From: Camelus dromedarius
Lineage: Eukaryota
Length of the DNA: 64,000 bases
Direction: 5' to 3'
Assembly (NCBI RefSeq): GCF_036321535.1
Contig: NC_087437.1
Span: 66,776,001-66,840,000 of the forward strand
Each line of letters opens with the position of its first letter. Position 1 is the stretch's first letter. This document shows, piece after piece, positions 25,560 through 38,800 of this stretch. Under the pieces are notes generated by a model. That model ran no database searches, was not told where the DNA came from, and saw only the letters and a list, made by a program, of their open reading frames with translations. The position numbers and the translations under genes were made by a program.

Positions 25560-26191
25560 CTAAAAGAGCCAAGCCACAAAGGGGTTATTTTGGTAACCTG
25601 CCATTTCAATGGGCCCTTTAAATTGAGAAGGAATGCCCCAATCATGTTCTTAGTTATGAATGGCTCTGACATGTCAGGAAATTGCTCTCTAAAATCCAAG
25701 TTGAGCCCAACTCTCACCCTGTCTGGGGATGCCCTTGATGACAGAGCTGGGTTTTCGTGAGTCAGAGTGAAGGACCACTTTCCCCACAGGAAGAGGCAAA
25801 GATGTGCTATTAAAGGCAGGGGCTGGTGGGAGACTCAGAGGTCATAGCAACCACAGTTATGGGAATTCTGGTAGTAATTCAGGTAAGCATTTTAAAAGCA
25901 TTTTCAAAGACAGGCATTTCTTACAGGAATAAACACCAAAGATCATAAACCCCAGTCCCATTATGCTCCCTGCACTGAGGCCACACGGCTGGGACATCCA
26001 CAGCTGAGGGGGCTGGTGAAAACTTTAGTGGACTGGAAAGGGGATGGATGAGAAAGCCACTTGGAACAGAGCCTGGCCTGGAAGGGCTGTGGGCTGCTGG
26101 GGCGTTGTCAGCAGTCATCTCAGAGAAAGGCAGAGGGTAGTCACTGTATCTCTGGCTCTGTCTCTCACTTCCCTGATGCCACCAGGCTGCT

Positions 26192-26205
26192 CCAGTAGGT
26201 GGCAG
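26192..26205 (+). promoter_or_regulatory. Candidate CTCF site CCAGTAGGTGGCAG (intron 7)
   Basis: Exact match to the core consensus CCASYAGRKGGCRS. Motif evidence only. Confidence 0.55.
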
Positions 26206-27595
26206 GGAAAGTTGAATGCCAGACTCAGCCCAGAGCCTGGTGCCACCAGGAGTCACCACAGAGGCCTTGCCACGCTCTGGCTCGCCCAGCCATCAGACTC
26301 CATAAAGTTCCAGGATGAACCCAGCACCCTATGGGTTCCACAAAGGGCCTTTTCTCTGCAGGGTTCTCAAAGAACATCCAGATCTCAAGTTCAGCACTTT
26401 TTTAATGATCAATCAGAGAGAGATCTGCAGTGTTTAGCGGGTTCTTTTGGATCTCGGCTGGTGTTTTCAAGCACTTGGCCTCGGGATGGATTTTATAGGA
26501 TGGCATACCATGAGGTATGGCCCACCCCAAGGTATGGCACACCCCAGGTGTTTAAGGCACAGAGAAAGTGCACTTGATGGTCTTTCCAAGGTTCTCTTCC
26601 CCCTGACCTAGGGGTGGAAGTCTTATTCCCCAGAAACTTAGGGGGAGGAGCAGTGGGACTTAGTCTCGAGAGAGCACCACCAGTGCTCTCCAGGAAACGG
26701 AGGGCTTTCTCAGCAGGTGACTTCCAGGTGCCCCTCCCAGAGCACGCAGTGTGACAGGCGCCCCAAGGTGGCAGCGTTCTCTGCTCCCCAAAAAGGGAAA
26801 CAGCCACCCCATCGTGGGGAAGACACTGCCAAGAGGTCTGAGGTTTTTATACCTCCTTTCACTGACCAAACAGCCAGGATGACGCTCTCCAATGAAAAGC
26901 CTGCCTTTCCGCACCTCCACCTACTGTCAGCCTCAATCACCGCCCCCTTTTTACAGCGGGGCGTGAGGGGGTGGTGGGAGGAGGGCTGTGTGGAGACCAG
27001 GGTTACAACAGCAGTGAGCAGGAGAAATGAGGAAAGATATGAATGAAAATGGTGTTTGGTTTGTTTTGGGAGGGGAGGGAGGGCTCTGACCGGCGAGAGA
27101 GGAGGAACGGAAGCGGGATGCACGTCCCCAAGTGCCGCGTTCCCACAGCTCTCGGTCCAGAGTGGCGCTCTCTGCCAGCCTGTCCTCCGTTCCTCTCTAT
27201 GCCTTTTGTAACGTCCCGCGGAGGTGAAGGGTGGGAGGAGGGGGTCAAGTTTTTGTTTTTAGCAAACTTCCTTTTGAAAATTTCAAGCCTATTTTGTCTA
27301 AACTAAGGAGTCAGGGATTTATGATTCTTGGCACCTATAAGCCCCACCCCCACCACGGTACAGGAGATTTCTGGTGGGAGGTCAAGGTCTTGATGACTTT
27401 GGGGCAGCGAGTGAAGGCGTCGCCGCCGGTGAAAGTCATGGAGGCAGCTCCCTCCCCTTCTGGAAAGCTTCCTTACACCCCAACCCGGACCACATCCCCA
27501 ACCCATGCAGCCATCAAAGCCTGGAGACTCTATCACTCCCTCCTCTGTCCCCCTCCACCCAAACATCTCCCAGAAGTTGAAAGAAGTCCACTCAC

Positions 27596-27794
27596 TTGTT
27601 GTCCGGTAACTCAAGGACAGTGTGGAAGAGGGTTCCCATGGGAGGGACAATCTCAGGCAGGCTATTCTCCCTCCTTTCCTTCCGAGCCGGATGGTTAGTA
27701 GCCAGGCTCCGGGCCTGAGCTTCCTCCAGACTCACCAACTTCATGGGCAGGGAGAGGGCTGGCAAGGTCAGGCTCTTCATGACGGGCCGGTTTT
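27596..27794 (-). CDS. ARHGAP31: ARHGAP31 exon 7 (199 nt) (ENRPVMKSLTLPALSLPMKLVSLEEAQARSL...LELPDNK)
   Basis: Inside ORF 27592..27987. Acceptor ttacag|AA, donor AA|gtgagt. Confidence 0.96.
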
Positions 27795-28454
27795 CTGTAA
27801 CAAGAAGCGAAGCGCTCACAGCTCTCTTGAGAGGCAGCGTGTGCCCCCAGACCAGCCGGATCCCCCATCCACAGCCTCTCCATTCCTGACCTCCTGACAG
27901 GGGCTGTTCTTGGGCATGGTGGGGTCTGGAGCAGAGACTGCACACGGGGATCTGACAACTCTCCTGGCCAGACCAGCCAGAGGGCACATGGGCTTCAGAA
28001 GGTTGCCTACATTTCTTGTACTTTTCAGAGACAGATCATTCATTCATTCATTCATTCATTCACAAAACAAACACATTGAGCACTCACTGTGGGCCAGAGA
28101 AACAGCAGTGGATATTTGCCCCCAGAAACTGCCTATGTCTTTGGTCAGCCACAGAAGTAGCCTCACTCAGCTAGGGCAGGGCCGGAGACTGCCCCTCCCA
28201 CCCCTACCCCCACTGGAGCACACAGGCACCAATTTAAGGTTGGAGCCTCAACTTTCCTGAGATGAGCTAGCTTTATATCTCTTTAGGAAAAGGACATTTT
28301 ATGGCCTATGCTATTCCCTAAGAGATGAGTGGCTTTCTACTCACTACCCGAGTCATCTTCAAGTGCATGCAAGCTAATCCTTTCCTTCTACGTTTTTTTT
28401 TTTTAAGAATGGAAGTGACAATGACAGATCAGTGGTATCCAAGGTTAGTGCTTT

Positions 28455-28688
28455 TCTCCAAGTCAATTTTTTTCAACTTGGAACAATGTTGTACCCCTTT
28501 CTCCGGCCAGGGACTTTTGGCAATGTCTGGAGACATTTTTCATTGTGACAGGTGTGTGTGAGAATGCAAACTTGCACCTTGTGGTTAGAAGCCAAGGGTG
28601 CAGCTGAACATCCTACGATGCACAGAACGGCCCCTTCACAAGAGTTATCCAGTGCTAAATGTCAACAGTGCCAAGGCTGAAAAACCTG
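28455..28688 (+). mobile_element. MER20 (hAT-Charlie)
   Basis: gggacttttggcaatgtctggagacattttt...gtcaacagtgccaaggctgaaaaacctg. Confidence 0.8.
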
Positions 28689-29249
28689 ATCTAAGTGAAA
28701 AAGAAGAGGTTTAAGTTTGCCTCTACTTAGTCTTTTGGCCACCGTGCCAGTTTTCTGTACCTTCAGAAGGTGTGAGGAGACTCAAGAATAACTTGGACCA
28801 GTTGAGACTAAAAAATCATTTTTGGTATAGGACTCACCTCATTTTCAGAAAGCACCCTGCTGGCACCATTTCTCTTTGCAGAGCATGACCCTCCCTGAGT
28901 GGAGGGAAATAAAACCACTGACATAGGGCCTTGTAGAAAATGGAGTTGGGATGTAACTCTGGAGTATTTCCAGGGAGGACAGCATGGCCGGCATTCAGCA
29001 GGACTATCATTAGGTACATCTGTGACCCTAAAGATTTTTTCAGTGAAGTTTCCAACTTTAACTCAGTTTTCCAACTTAATCCAAAGGAGACTAAAAATAT
29101 TTAAATTTAATTTATTCTTAATATTTGTTCACAGATCCTAGACTATTATTTTTAAAAACTTACTATTTACTTAAAAAATTAAATCATTCTGGGAGCAACT
29201 GAAACAATGGGAAGAATATAAACTGCAGGGTCAGGAGACCAAGCACCCA

Positions 29250-30985
29250 CCTCTCCCCTGGTTCCAGGCTCCTGTGTCCCAAGGCCTATTCATCCCCTGT
29301 GCTTAGATGTTCAATAGGCGTCTCTAGATTTACATCTCCTAACAGAGCTTGTGACTTTTGCTACTTATCTCTGAACTGGTCTCCCCTCCCATCTTCTCCA
29401 AGGTGGTAAATGGCTCCATGCATCACCCAGTTGTGTAAGCCAAAACCTGGAGTAGGTATTTTTCATTCAATCCTTTCTCTGATGTACCCTCTCTCCCCTA
29501 CATCATGCCTAGAAGCAAGTCCTGTAACTCTACCGCCAAAATATATCCTGAATCCAGCCGCTTTCCTCTGTTCCACAGCTAACATGCACAGATGATCCCC
29601 AACTTAAACAGTGGTTCAACTTACAATTTTTTGACTTTACAATGGTGTGAAAGCCATATGCATTCAGTAGAAACTGTACTTTGAATTTTGAATTTTGATC
29701 TTTTTTTCTGTATTCAGTACGATACTCCCTCCTGATGCTGGGCAGCTGCTGTAGCCACAGCTCCCAGTCAGCCACACGACTGCAAGGGTCATACACCTGT
29801 AACCATTCTGTACCCGTGCAACCAATCTGTCAGTTTCAGTGCAGTATTCAATAAATTACAGGAGCTCATCAACACTTTATTATAAAATAGGCTTTGTGTT
29901 AGGTGATTTTGCCCAAATGTAGGCTAATGCAAGTATTCCGAGCACATTTAAGGTAGGCTAGGTTAAGCTATGACATTCAGGAGGGTAGGTATATTCAGTG
30001 CATTTTTGATTTATGATATTTTCAATTTACATTGGGTTTATTGGGATGTAACCCCATCATAAGTCGAGGAAGATCAGTAGTCCAGGCCACCATGATTTCC
30101 CTCCTGACTTCTGCCATCACTCCTTAATTGGTCTCCTGACTTCCAGCCTTTCAGTCCCCACTCCACACACAGCAACCAGGGTGTTCAGATCCCGCACACC
30201 CTGCTCAAACTCCTCCGAGGCTTTTGCACAGCACAGAGAACAAACCAAACTCTTATCATGGCCGACCAGGACCTTCCATCTGCTTTCCCTCTCCTCTTTG
30301 CCCACTGACCCAGTGGTCTGCAAAAATATACGGTGAAATTGTTCCAATGTATATTCTCACTATATACATGTCTATATTTGTAAATTATACATATACACCA
30401 CTGTGCTTGTGTTATCTGTAATAGAAAACATACAAAATCATAGAAATTATAAAGTAGACAGTAAAACCAACAGGGGGAAAATTCTAATAGTTTCTTCCAA
30501 CACCCATACTTGGGTACTTTGGTCTTGGGTGCCCTAGGGTGGGGCAGCCCACACTGGAGACTGGGTTGCTCGAGCCACACTGGCTAACTTTCTGCAACAC
30601 GATGAGCTCCTCTGCACCTCAGAGCTTCTATACTCCCTGTTCTCCGTGTTTGGAACATTTGCCCCCCTAGATCTTCACATGACTGGTTCCTTTTGTCATT
30701 CAGGTTTCAGTTCAAAGATCACTTCCTCAGGTGCTGTGTGTCCACTATGTACAAAAATTACGCCCCCAAGTCACTGACCATCACATTACCCTGCTGTACT
30801 TCCTTCATGGCATTTATTGCCTTTGAAGTGATAATGTATTTATTTGTAAACTTATTTATTGTTCATCTTTCCAGCAAGACCATAGCTCTATGCAGAGCAG
30901 GGGCTTTATCATTTTAGGCACTGAGGTGTCCCCACTGTCTAGAACAGTGCCTGGCACATAGCAGGTGCTCAGTACATATTTATGT
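29250..30985 (+). mobile_element. L2 element interrupted by a Tigger element and another insertion
   Basis: Ends ctagaacagtgcctggcacatagcaggtgctcagtacatattt, the L2 3' end. Confidence 0.7.
29589..30077 (-). mobile_element. Tigger-family DNA transposon (MER47-like), inserted in an L2
   Basis: Terminal inverted repeats cagatgatccccaactta / taagtcgaggaagatcag followed by TA; internal taaggtaggctaggttaagcta. Confidence 0.8.
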
Positions 30986-31819
30986 CTTAACAGAAGTTGG
31001 GTATATCACAATCTCTCTGGCCTCACTGCTCTCATTTACCAATTAAATGTGTTGGATTCTATGACTTCTAAAATCTTCCCAATTTGAAACAGAACCCTAT
31101 TTCTAAATCCAAAATTCCAGAGGGTATGACTTATTTCATTTTGTGTAAATATTACCAGACTCAATAAGAACTCATAGTAAGAACATTTAAATGAAATGCA
31201 CTGAATAATAAGTATTGGGGCAATCAAGAGCTAAAGGCTCAAGAGGAAACTGGATTTCAATATGCAGGACAAAGCCTGATTAAGGTAATGGTCATAAAGA
31301 GACAGGCATTTCCAGGTTAAAATTAGAACAGCCTTAACACTAGCAGCCATGGATGGATTTGCTATCTAGGAGAACACTTCCCAAAAGTCATTAATTCTTC
31401 ACAATGGTTTATTTATTTCTTTTCTTTTCTTTTCTTTCTTTTTTTTTTTTTTCCTCACAGAGGTAGCACAGGTAAAGAAAGAGCACAGGCTGGAAGATTT
31501 AGGTTCAATGTTCAGTCCTACCAGTTACCAGCTGTGTGGCTTTGGGCAGTTACTAAGCTTTTCTGGTTCTCTGGTTCTTCACGTATAAAATAAGGTTGAT
31601 AACAACTTTATGATGGCCGTTGATGGGTCAGTGAAATAATGTAAGTGGAGGACCTGCCAAAGTTCCTCGCACAGAGTAAGTCCCCAGTAAATTACTGGTT
31701 GACTCAAAAGGATGAATGAATGCATATTATTTCTCATTTACTTTCAAAAAGGATTTATATTGCTATAATAAAAAATATATCTGTAATGGGAGAGTTAGAG
31801 ATAAAAGAAACATCAGCCA

Positions 31820-32345
31820 CTCCTAGGGGTTTAGCCAAAAAATTGGAAACATATGTTCATACTAAAACCTGTACATGAATGTTCACAGCAGCATTATTCA
31901 TAATAACTCAAAAGTAGAAACAAGCCAAATGTCCATCAACTGATGAATGGATAAACAAAATGCAGTGTATCTACACACTAGAAGATTATTCAGCCATAAA
32001 AAAATGACATACTGATACATGCAGACATATGCTAAGTGAAAAGAGTCAGTCACAAAAGACCACATTATTGTATGATTCCATTTATATGAAATGTGCAGAA
32101 GAGGCAAATCCATAGATGCAGAAACTAGATGAACAGTTGCCAGAGTCTGGAGGAGGGCAAGATGTGCAGTGACTGCTTAATGGGTGTGGGGTTTCTTTTT
32201 GGAGTGATGAAAATGTTCTGGAATTAGATAGTGGTGATGGTTGCACAATTCTGTGAATACACTGAGAACCACTGAATTGTATGCTTAAAAATGATAAAAG
32301 TGGTGAATTTAATGGTATGTGAATTTTAAGTCAACAGAAAAAAGT
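31820..32345 (+). mobile_element. L1MB-like 3' end fragment
   Basis: gaatgttcacagcagcattattcataata...ttttggagtgatgaaaatgttctggaattagatagtggtgatggttgcacaa. Confidence 0.85.
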
Positions 32346-32544
32346 TTTTTAAAAAAGGTCATAAACCACATAGGGGACAGGATGGGGTGAGAACAATTAT
32401 ACCAGGAATCGAAATTTGATATTAATTGCAATTGATTACTCTGATGGTTATAACTGATTTTCCCAAGTGTATTAGCTGAACTAGAAAAGAATGCTTTGAT
32501 CAGCTAATACAAATATTTTGCAGATAAGGTTCCCATACACCACT

Positions 32545-32680
32545 GGGTCTCCAAGCATGGACCCTGACCAGCAGTACTCCAGACATGCTGAATCAGAAAC
32601 TCTGGGGATGAGGTCCAGTGATCTGTGTTTTAACAAGGCTTCCAGATTATGTGACATCCGCTAATGTTGTAAAACCACTC
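32545..32680. mobile_element. MER5A-like fragment
   Basis: gaatcagaaactctggggatgaggtccagtgatctgtgttttaacaag. Confidence 0.7.
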
Positions 32681-33009
32681 TCACACAAGTGGTAATTAGC
32701 AGGCTTCTTGGTCAGCTGGATTTTTGACTTTTACAAATTAGGCTTATATGAGTTCAAGCAGCATAAACCAATACCAATTCATTCCTGGGGTTAATTATGT
32801 TATTATGAGAACTACAGAACTGAAACATCGTATCTTGCATCTCATTATATCCAATCTGAAATAGCTCTCTTTCTCACAGTAGGGCTACAGGGGGTTTCAA
32901 TGCTAGCTAGTCTCTGCATACACATGCCCACAAACACACACTCAATGCTGTATGCCTGGTGCCCAGTGCAGGGCAGAATAAAGTAAGCACTCAAGAAATG
33001 CTTGCAAGA

Positions 33010-33385
33010 AGGATAAATATTATATGCTATCACTTGGATCATATATGTGGAATCTAAAAAATAGTACAAATGGACTTATTTACAAAACAGAAACAGATTC
33101 ACAGACATAGAAAACAAACTTATGGTTACCAAAGGGGAAGTGGGGAGGAAGGATAAATTGGGAGTATGAGATTAACAGATGCACGCTACCATATATAAAA
33201 TAAACAACAAGGATTCACTGTATAGTACAGGAAACTGTATTCAATAACTCGTAATAACCTATAATGGAAAAGTATCAGAAAAAAAGAACATGGGTATATA
33301 CATATATATGTATAACCAAATCACTTTGCTGTACACCTGAAACTAACACAGTATTGTAAATCAAATATACTTCAATAAAAAATAA
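33010..33385 (+). mobile_element. L1 3' end fragment (cetartiodactyl-type)
   Basis: atatgtggaatctaaaaa...acagacatagaaaacaaacttatggttaccaaagggg...aataaaaa. Confidence 0.85.
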
Positions 33386-33735
33386 GAAACACTAGGGAAG
33401 AGAAGGCATTCTGAATACACATATGAGTATGAATAGGACGCCTCTTAGCTCATTCACTTAAGACTTCTAAAATATCATACTGAAAGTAAAAATGAAATCT
33501 AATAGTTAAAGGAAGGAATGTTGCCAGTGCCTCTAGATTATAACTGGAAGAGTTTAAGAACTCCCTAAAATCATTAGAGTTCCAGCTCCCCACACTGCAT
33601 TCGTGGGATAGGCCGTGTACACAACTGATCAGAAACACGCTACAGCCACATACAAACACACCACACCTTTGCTGCATGTGTACACATGTGTGCACAATCC
33701 CCATACACTGACATGCACTGTAGTCAGCACGTGCA

Positions 33736-33738
<3 letters not shown>

Positions 33739-33771
<33 letters not shown>
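33739..33771. repeat. (AC)n microsatellite ~100 nt into intron 6 (reads (TG)n in the pre-mRNA)
   Basis: Directly visible. Confidence 0.95.
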
Positions 33772-33774
<3 letters not shown>

Positions 33775-33869
33775 CTGACACTGAGCTAGAACCCAGCCCA
33801 CGCTGGGCCCTGTGACCAGGCAAGAAAGATGGGTGGGCTGGCAGGGTGTATGCCAGGAGAAGCCATTAC

Positions 33870-34012
33870 CATCGTTCTCCAGAGACCCCAGAGCACCGTT
33901 GTTAAAGATTTGATCCACGTGATTCAGTATGAATTCAATCACCACCTGCTGGACCCGGACTGCAAGGAAGGCTGCATCTCCATTGCAACCAGTGGCTTCA
34001 ATCTCTTTGGAC
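33870..34012 (-). CDS. ARHGAP31: ARHGAP31 exon 6 (143 nt), end of RhoGAP domain (SKEIEATGCNGDAAFLAVRVQQVVIEFILNHVDQIFNNGALGSLEND)
   Basis: Inside ORF 33724..34032. Acceptor ttcag|G, donor G|gtaatg. Confidence 0.96.
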
Positions 34013-34700
34013 CTGAACAGTGGAAGAAACACATTCAGTTAATGGGTCTGCCCTACCAACCGAGGCATGACAGGGAGCCAGCCAGCCTTTTGTACAAGCC
34101 CCCAACTCCTAAATGTGTACAGTGTGTTAATCTGTAGAATATTTTAACTACTTAAGATCAGTTAAAGGAACTCTCCAAAGGCTGTGAAGTCCAACGCACT
34201 GAACAAATTGGAAACAGTTACCAGGATTTATATATCGAAAGACAATAAACACTATATTAGCAAATACACAGGAGTTAATTTTTTTCTTCATAGGCTCGTC
34301 TTCCACCTCCACCCACTTGTTCTAAGGGCAGGTCATCATTTATGAAGTCGCGTGAAGCAGCTGATTCAGGTTGCAGCCAGCTGGGACCCCACCAAAACCA
34401 ACAAAAGCCAAGGAGCCCCAAAGACCCAGAAAGGCCTTTTAAGGAAATTGTAACATACAAGGCCCCAAACCTTGGCTACATCTTGGTTGTACCCAGAAAA
34501 TACCTCTGGGCTCCAGAGATTCCAAGGTTAGTGGGCAAAGGCTATTAAAATCACCTTTCTTTCCCAAGTGTTACAAAAAACCACCCAGCCAAAGGTTTGT
34601 CTTCAAGGAGCTTCAGTGTGGAAGAACCCAGTCTTCATATGAGTTGGGGGCTGCTCTGAGAACCACTGGGGTCGTGAGAAGGTGAGGGTGTGCTGGTTAC

Positions 34701-34808
34701 CTGAGGAGGTTGGGCGCCCACACCAGGGCCAGGTTCCTGGCATGCATGTTGGTCTTGCTGCTGAAGGAGGCGATGTGTGCCAGGTGTCGAATCAGGTATT
34801 CCAGGGTC
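34701..34808 (-). CDS. ARHGAP31: ARHGAP31 exon 5 (108 nt) (TLEYLIRHLAHIASFSSKTNMHARNLALVWAPNLLR)
   Basis: Manual translation. Acceptor ttacag|G, donor AG|gtaacc. Contains the NM..NLA.VWAPNL RhoGAP motif. Confidence 0.96.
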
Positions 34809-35748
34809 CTGTAACGGGTCATTTTTTTTTTCAAGCAAGTGAGAAACTTCAGAGCCTGTGTGAAGCCTGACATCTGGAGATAATTTCTAAATTTGAATTT
34901 AAGAGATTCTGTGTATTTCTATCTCATGAACTTTGGAGCACTCTCAGGAAGATATCAAGATAGACGGAGGTAGTTTTCTTGGCTGTGGCATGCTGGCTGG
35001 GGTGGAGAACAAGGCAGTCTTGTCAGAAGTCAGCGGAGGCCCTTGGAGCACCAGTCAGAGACCGAACCGAGGACTCATCGGACCCGGAACCTAAGGGCTC
35101 CTCGTGGCTCCTTGTGCCTCCTTTCACCCAGTGCAGCGTTGTCTCCACACTGACTTGAAACTGGCCCCCAGCTCGGCTCTTACTTTAAGTCTTCCAGCTA
35201 CAGGTACCTTGGTGCTTGTCAATGGATGACATCTATTATTGCTGGTAAGTTCTTTCTAATACCACATCAGAATCTGCCCTCTTGTAAAAGCTGGGCAGGC
35301 TTGGGGAATACTGGGAAAGGTTGGTAAGATTAGGGGCTAAATTGTGAGAATGAAAAAAAAAGATGGGATGATGTAAGGGATGGTACTGATGAGCATCTGG
35401 ACAGATCAGTCAGTCAAACTGTGTTTAAAAACCATCTTGGGTTCCATAGATTTGATTATGTTATGAACCTGGGTAAGAACCTTCAGTATCCCTGTGAGGC
35501 TGGCTTCTGCAATCAGAATGACCTCTTGTGGCACTCTGAGGGGGTGCCCTGGAAGGGACTTGGACACAGGCTGCCCCTTCCCACCAATGTCTCTGGTCAG
35601 GCAAGAACTCACTCTAATAAAAGTGACCTGTTCCCCCACCTCAGAATGCCCTGGAAGGACCACTGACCACTGAATCCATTCCCTTTTCTGATGCCTGCCT
35701 GCATCTATGGTATTACATCACGTCGAGAGGCTGTGCATTTCTTCTTAC

Positions 35749-35831
35749 CTGTAATGGGATGCGGGTAGCTCCTGGATAACATTTTGGATTCGGGCCAGTT
35801 GGCCTTCTTCCGGGCAATGCGACACTGCCTC
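35749..35831 (-). CDS. ARHGAP31: ARHGAP31 exon 4 (83 nt) (EAVSHCPEEGQLARIQNVIQELPASHYR)
   Basis: Manual translation. Acceptor ccatag|GAG, donor AG|gtaaga. Phases fit exons 3 and 5. Confidence 0.95.
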
Positions 35832-38800
35832 CTATGGACAAGAACAGGAAGCAGCCCATTGAGTGCTTGAGAGGGTGGCCACCCACCTGTCTGCTGCTTT
35901 CATTTAGGCTTCTGGTCCTCCAGCCTCCCAGCCTCCCATGCCTAGAGATCATCCTGCCAAGAAGCATGCTTTTCTAATAAAAACAAACCACTAAAATCCC
36001 TGACGGTTCAAGATGGGACACGTCTAACAAGCAGGCACATGTGGTCTCTGTCATCAGACGGTTGGTAGGTAACTGATAAGGAAGGTATAGAGTCTTGGGT
36101 GTGTCCTGTGTGGCAGAGAGTCACAGAGGCTCACACTGGGAGAGAGAAACAAGAGACTCAGACAGAGTGAGATTGATGAGAGTCGCTCCACATTTACTCA
36201 GCTGGCTGTCTTTTGGGGTGAAAACAGCCACTCCCCACCTACCTGAGACTACCCATGGCCTGGCTATCTCCACAGCTGCCTGTCGTAGATGCCAGGAAAC
36301 AGGGAAGACATGGAGACCTTCTCAGCAGGATAAGAGCTTTGTCCCTGAGACCCGGTGGCCTTGTCCAGACTTGCTCTCTGGTTGCTTCCAGTGTGGGAAT
36401 TTGGTTCTCCCTCTGCCCAGGCCCACAGGGAGAGGCAGGGCTTCAGTAAAGGCACAGTGATCGCAGGCTTGTCGGGGGTTCCAGCACGATGCAGGTGTCC
36501 CTGGGCAGATTCCGCTAAGAATCTGTCCTGCCTGTGCTCAGGCCCCGCCCAGGGCAGTGGCTGAGTGCTCAAGACTGCCAGCATGGGAGCCATACCTAAG
36601 TTCAAGGTCAGTGGTAACCACATCTTTCTTTTTTTACTGAAGTATAATTTACATATATTAAAAACGTATGAATCTTCTGCTACAGCTCCCTGAGTCCTTT
36701 CAAATGCATATAATTCTGTAACCCCACTCAGACCAAGAGACACTTTCCAAGGGGCTCCTGAGCTCACCTCAATCCACAGACATATGTGACTTACACACTC
36801 CTGTATCTCTCCCAATGCTGGAAACTTGCTTTACATTTGTATATACCGAAAAGTTTAATCAGAAAATACATTCTTTAATTTGATGAATGCTGCCTCCTAC
36901 AATACAACCAAAAAGAAGGTCCTAACTGTGGTCCGATTTTCTTAAATTGTTCAGTCATTAACTGTCACTTCTTGCTTGGGAGTAAAGACTTGAAGTTCAA
37001 ACTCTCAGTAATGAGAATTTTTAGGCACAGAGGAGTGGAAGGAAATTAACTTTATTGAGTACCTTCTGTTTGCCAGACCCTATTCTAGGCCACACTTGCT
37101 GTGTCTGTTCTATTCTCACTTGGAGGAGAACTTCAAGACGCTGTCCCAGCCTGGCCCTCCCACCGCCCTGTGCTTCCTCCATCTTTTCCCACAGCACTCA
37201 TCACCATTACTGATACTACATAGTGTCCTTGTTCATGAGGCTTATTGCTTATTGTCTGTCTTCCTTGCTAGACGGAAGCTCTGTAGGTGCAGGGATGTGC
37301 GGGGTCCCAGAGCCCAGAACTGCGCCCTCTACCCAGTAGGTGCTGCCCGGAGGTCTGCTGGATGACTGCACATTTCCTCCCCCATTTCCCTAAGTGGGAC
37401 ATCATGCCAAGGCTTTGTCCACCAAGTTGGTTTTGCTCTTCTTTTACTTTTTCATTTAATTGAAGTAAAACATTCACAGAAGCAAACCATTTTCAAAGGT
37501 GATCAAAAATCTCTTTGGGAAAGCGAGATTTCACTTCCTAAGCAGAAGTGGGGAGAGATTCAGGGCTGGGAGGGTCACAGTCACAGGCGTCTCAGTCTTC
37601 TGGTGGGTTTGGCAGCCTGAGAATAGAGCCTACATGAGCAAGCTGTCTGCTGCAAGCCTCGCCTTTTGAAATGTGCACGATGTGGAGGGTGAGGACAAGA
37701 ATGGGAACTGGGATAAGCACCCTGACACCGCTGCTCTCTTCCTGGGAGCTGTCATTTAGAAAACAGATTTGGGGGAGGACCCTGACTCCCAAGACAGGGA
37801 GAACCTCATAGGGCGAGTGAAGGGAGAGAGCTCCAGAGGAAGGAGAGGCAGAAGAACGCAGCGCGGATCCTCCCACATTCTGTCCTGAGAAAGGGGAGGG
37901 GAGGGAGGCCTCTCTCCCTCTCCCTGCAAACCTACGATGAGCTTTGCAAAGCTTTGCACACACATCCCGCCCCATGCCTCCCTCTCTTCCCCCTGACTTT
38001 CTAAAAATGTGACTGGGGAATAAAGGTGTAGGTCAATTTAACAGCCCTCATGGAAAGTTCCTTTAATATTTTAGGAAGCTGTTGGTCATTTTTGTTCTGA
38101 GAGCTGGGCGGGCTCACCCCTGATGCCTGCAGGTCCCATTTGGGACTGATGTTTATATCATTATTCACAGCCTCTCCCCATCGCACCCAATCCTACTCAA
38201 AAGATCCCTACATCTTGGTTTTTCTCCTGAGGGATCCAGTCACTGCAAACCTATGTTTAGCTCTCTTTATGTTCCCCCATTAGGATGGGAGGGGAGTTGA
38301 AAATTTGCCCATCCCCATTTTTTTTCCTGAAAGAGAATTTCACTCAACATTAGCCAAGCCAATCTTGTTAATGGCTAAACCTTAAACGATACAGGTTGAA
38401 TCTGTGACAATTGGTTCTCTTCCAATCAGTACCAATAAGACCAGCTCCTTGCCCTTTGAGGACTCTTGTCAAGGCCGGACTCTTGTCCCCCCTGGCAGGG
38501 CCCCGGCTCTTGTTTCATCCATTTACCAAGCTGTTTACCAAGTCCTGCCGCCTGGGCAGCCCCTTCACCAGGGTGGACAAACAACCCGTGGCTCTCTCTT
38601 TCACCACACCCCAGATGCAACTCAGTTTTTGCCCTTTCTTTTGTATTAATTATGTTTAAATTATTATAAATCCTCTTTTAGTATTTTTAATCATTTTAAT
38701 TTAGTAGATTAAAAAATAACTCATGCACATGATTTTAAAAATGCAAAGCATTCAAAGGAATTCACAGAAGAAAGTTAGTCTTCCCTCCAACTGCAGACCC

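Noticed and set aside
26044..26577. 177-aa + strand ORF and the many other 60-180 aa ORFs in the track
   Set aside because: No domain similarity or splice support. Many are antisense shadows of exons or lie in repeats, as expected by chance in intronic DNA.
34809..35748. Intron 4 as a U12-type intron (branch-like TGAC near the AG, no pyrimidine tract)
   Set aside because: The donor is GTAAGA, not GTATCCTT, and there is no TCCTTAAC branch consensus.
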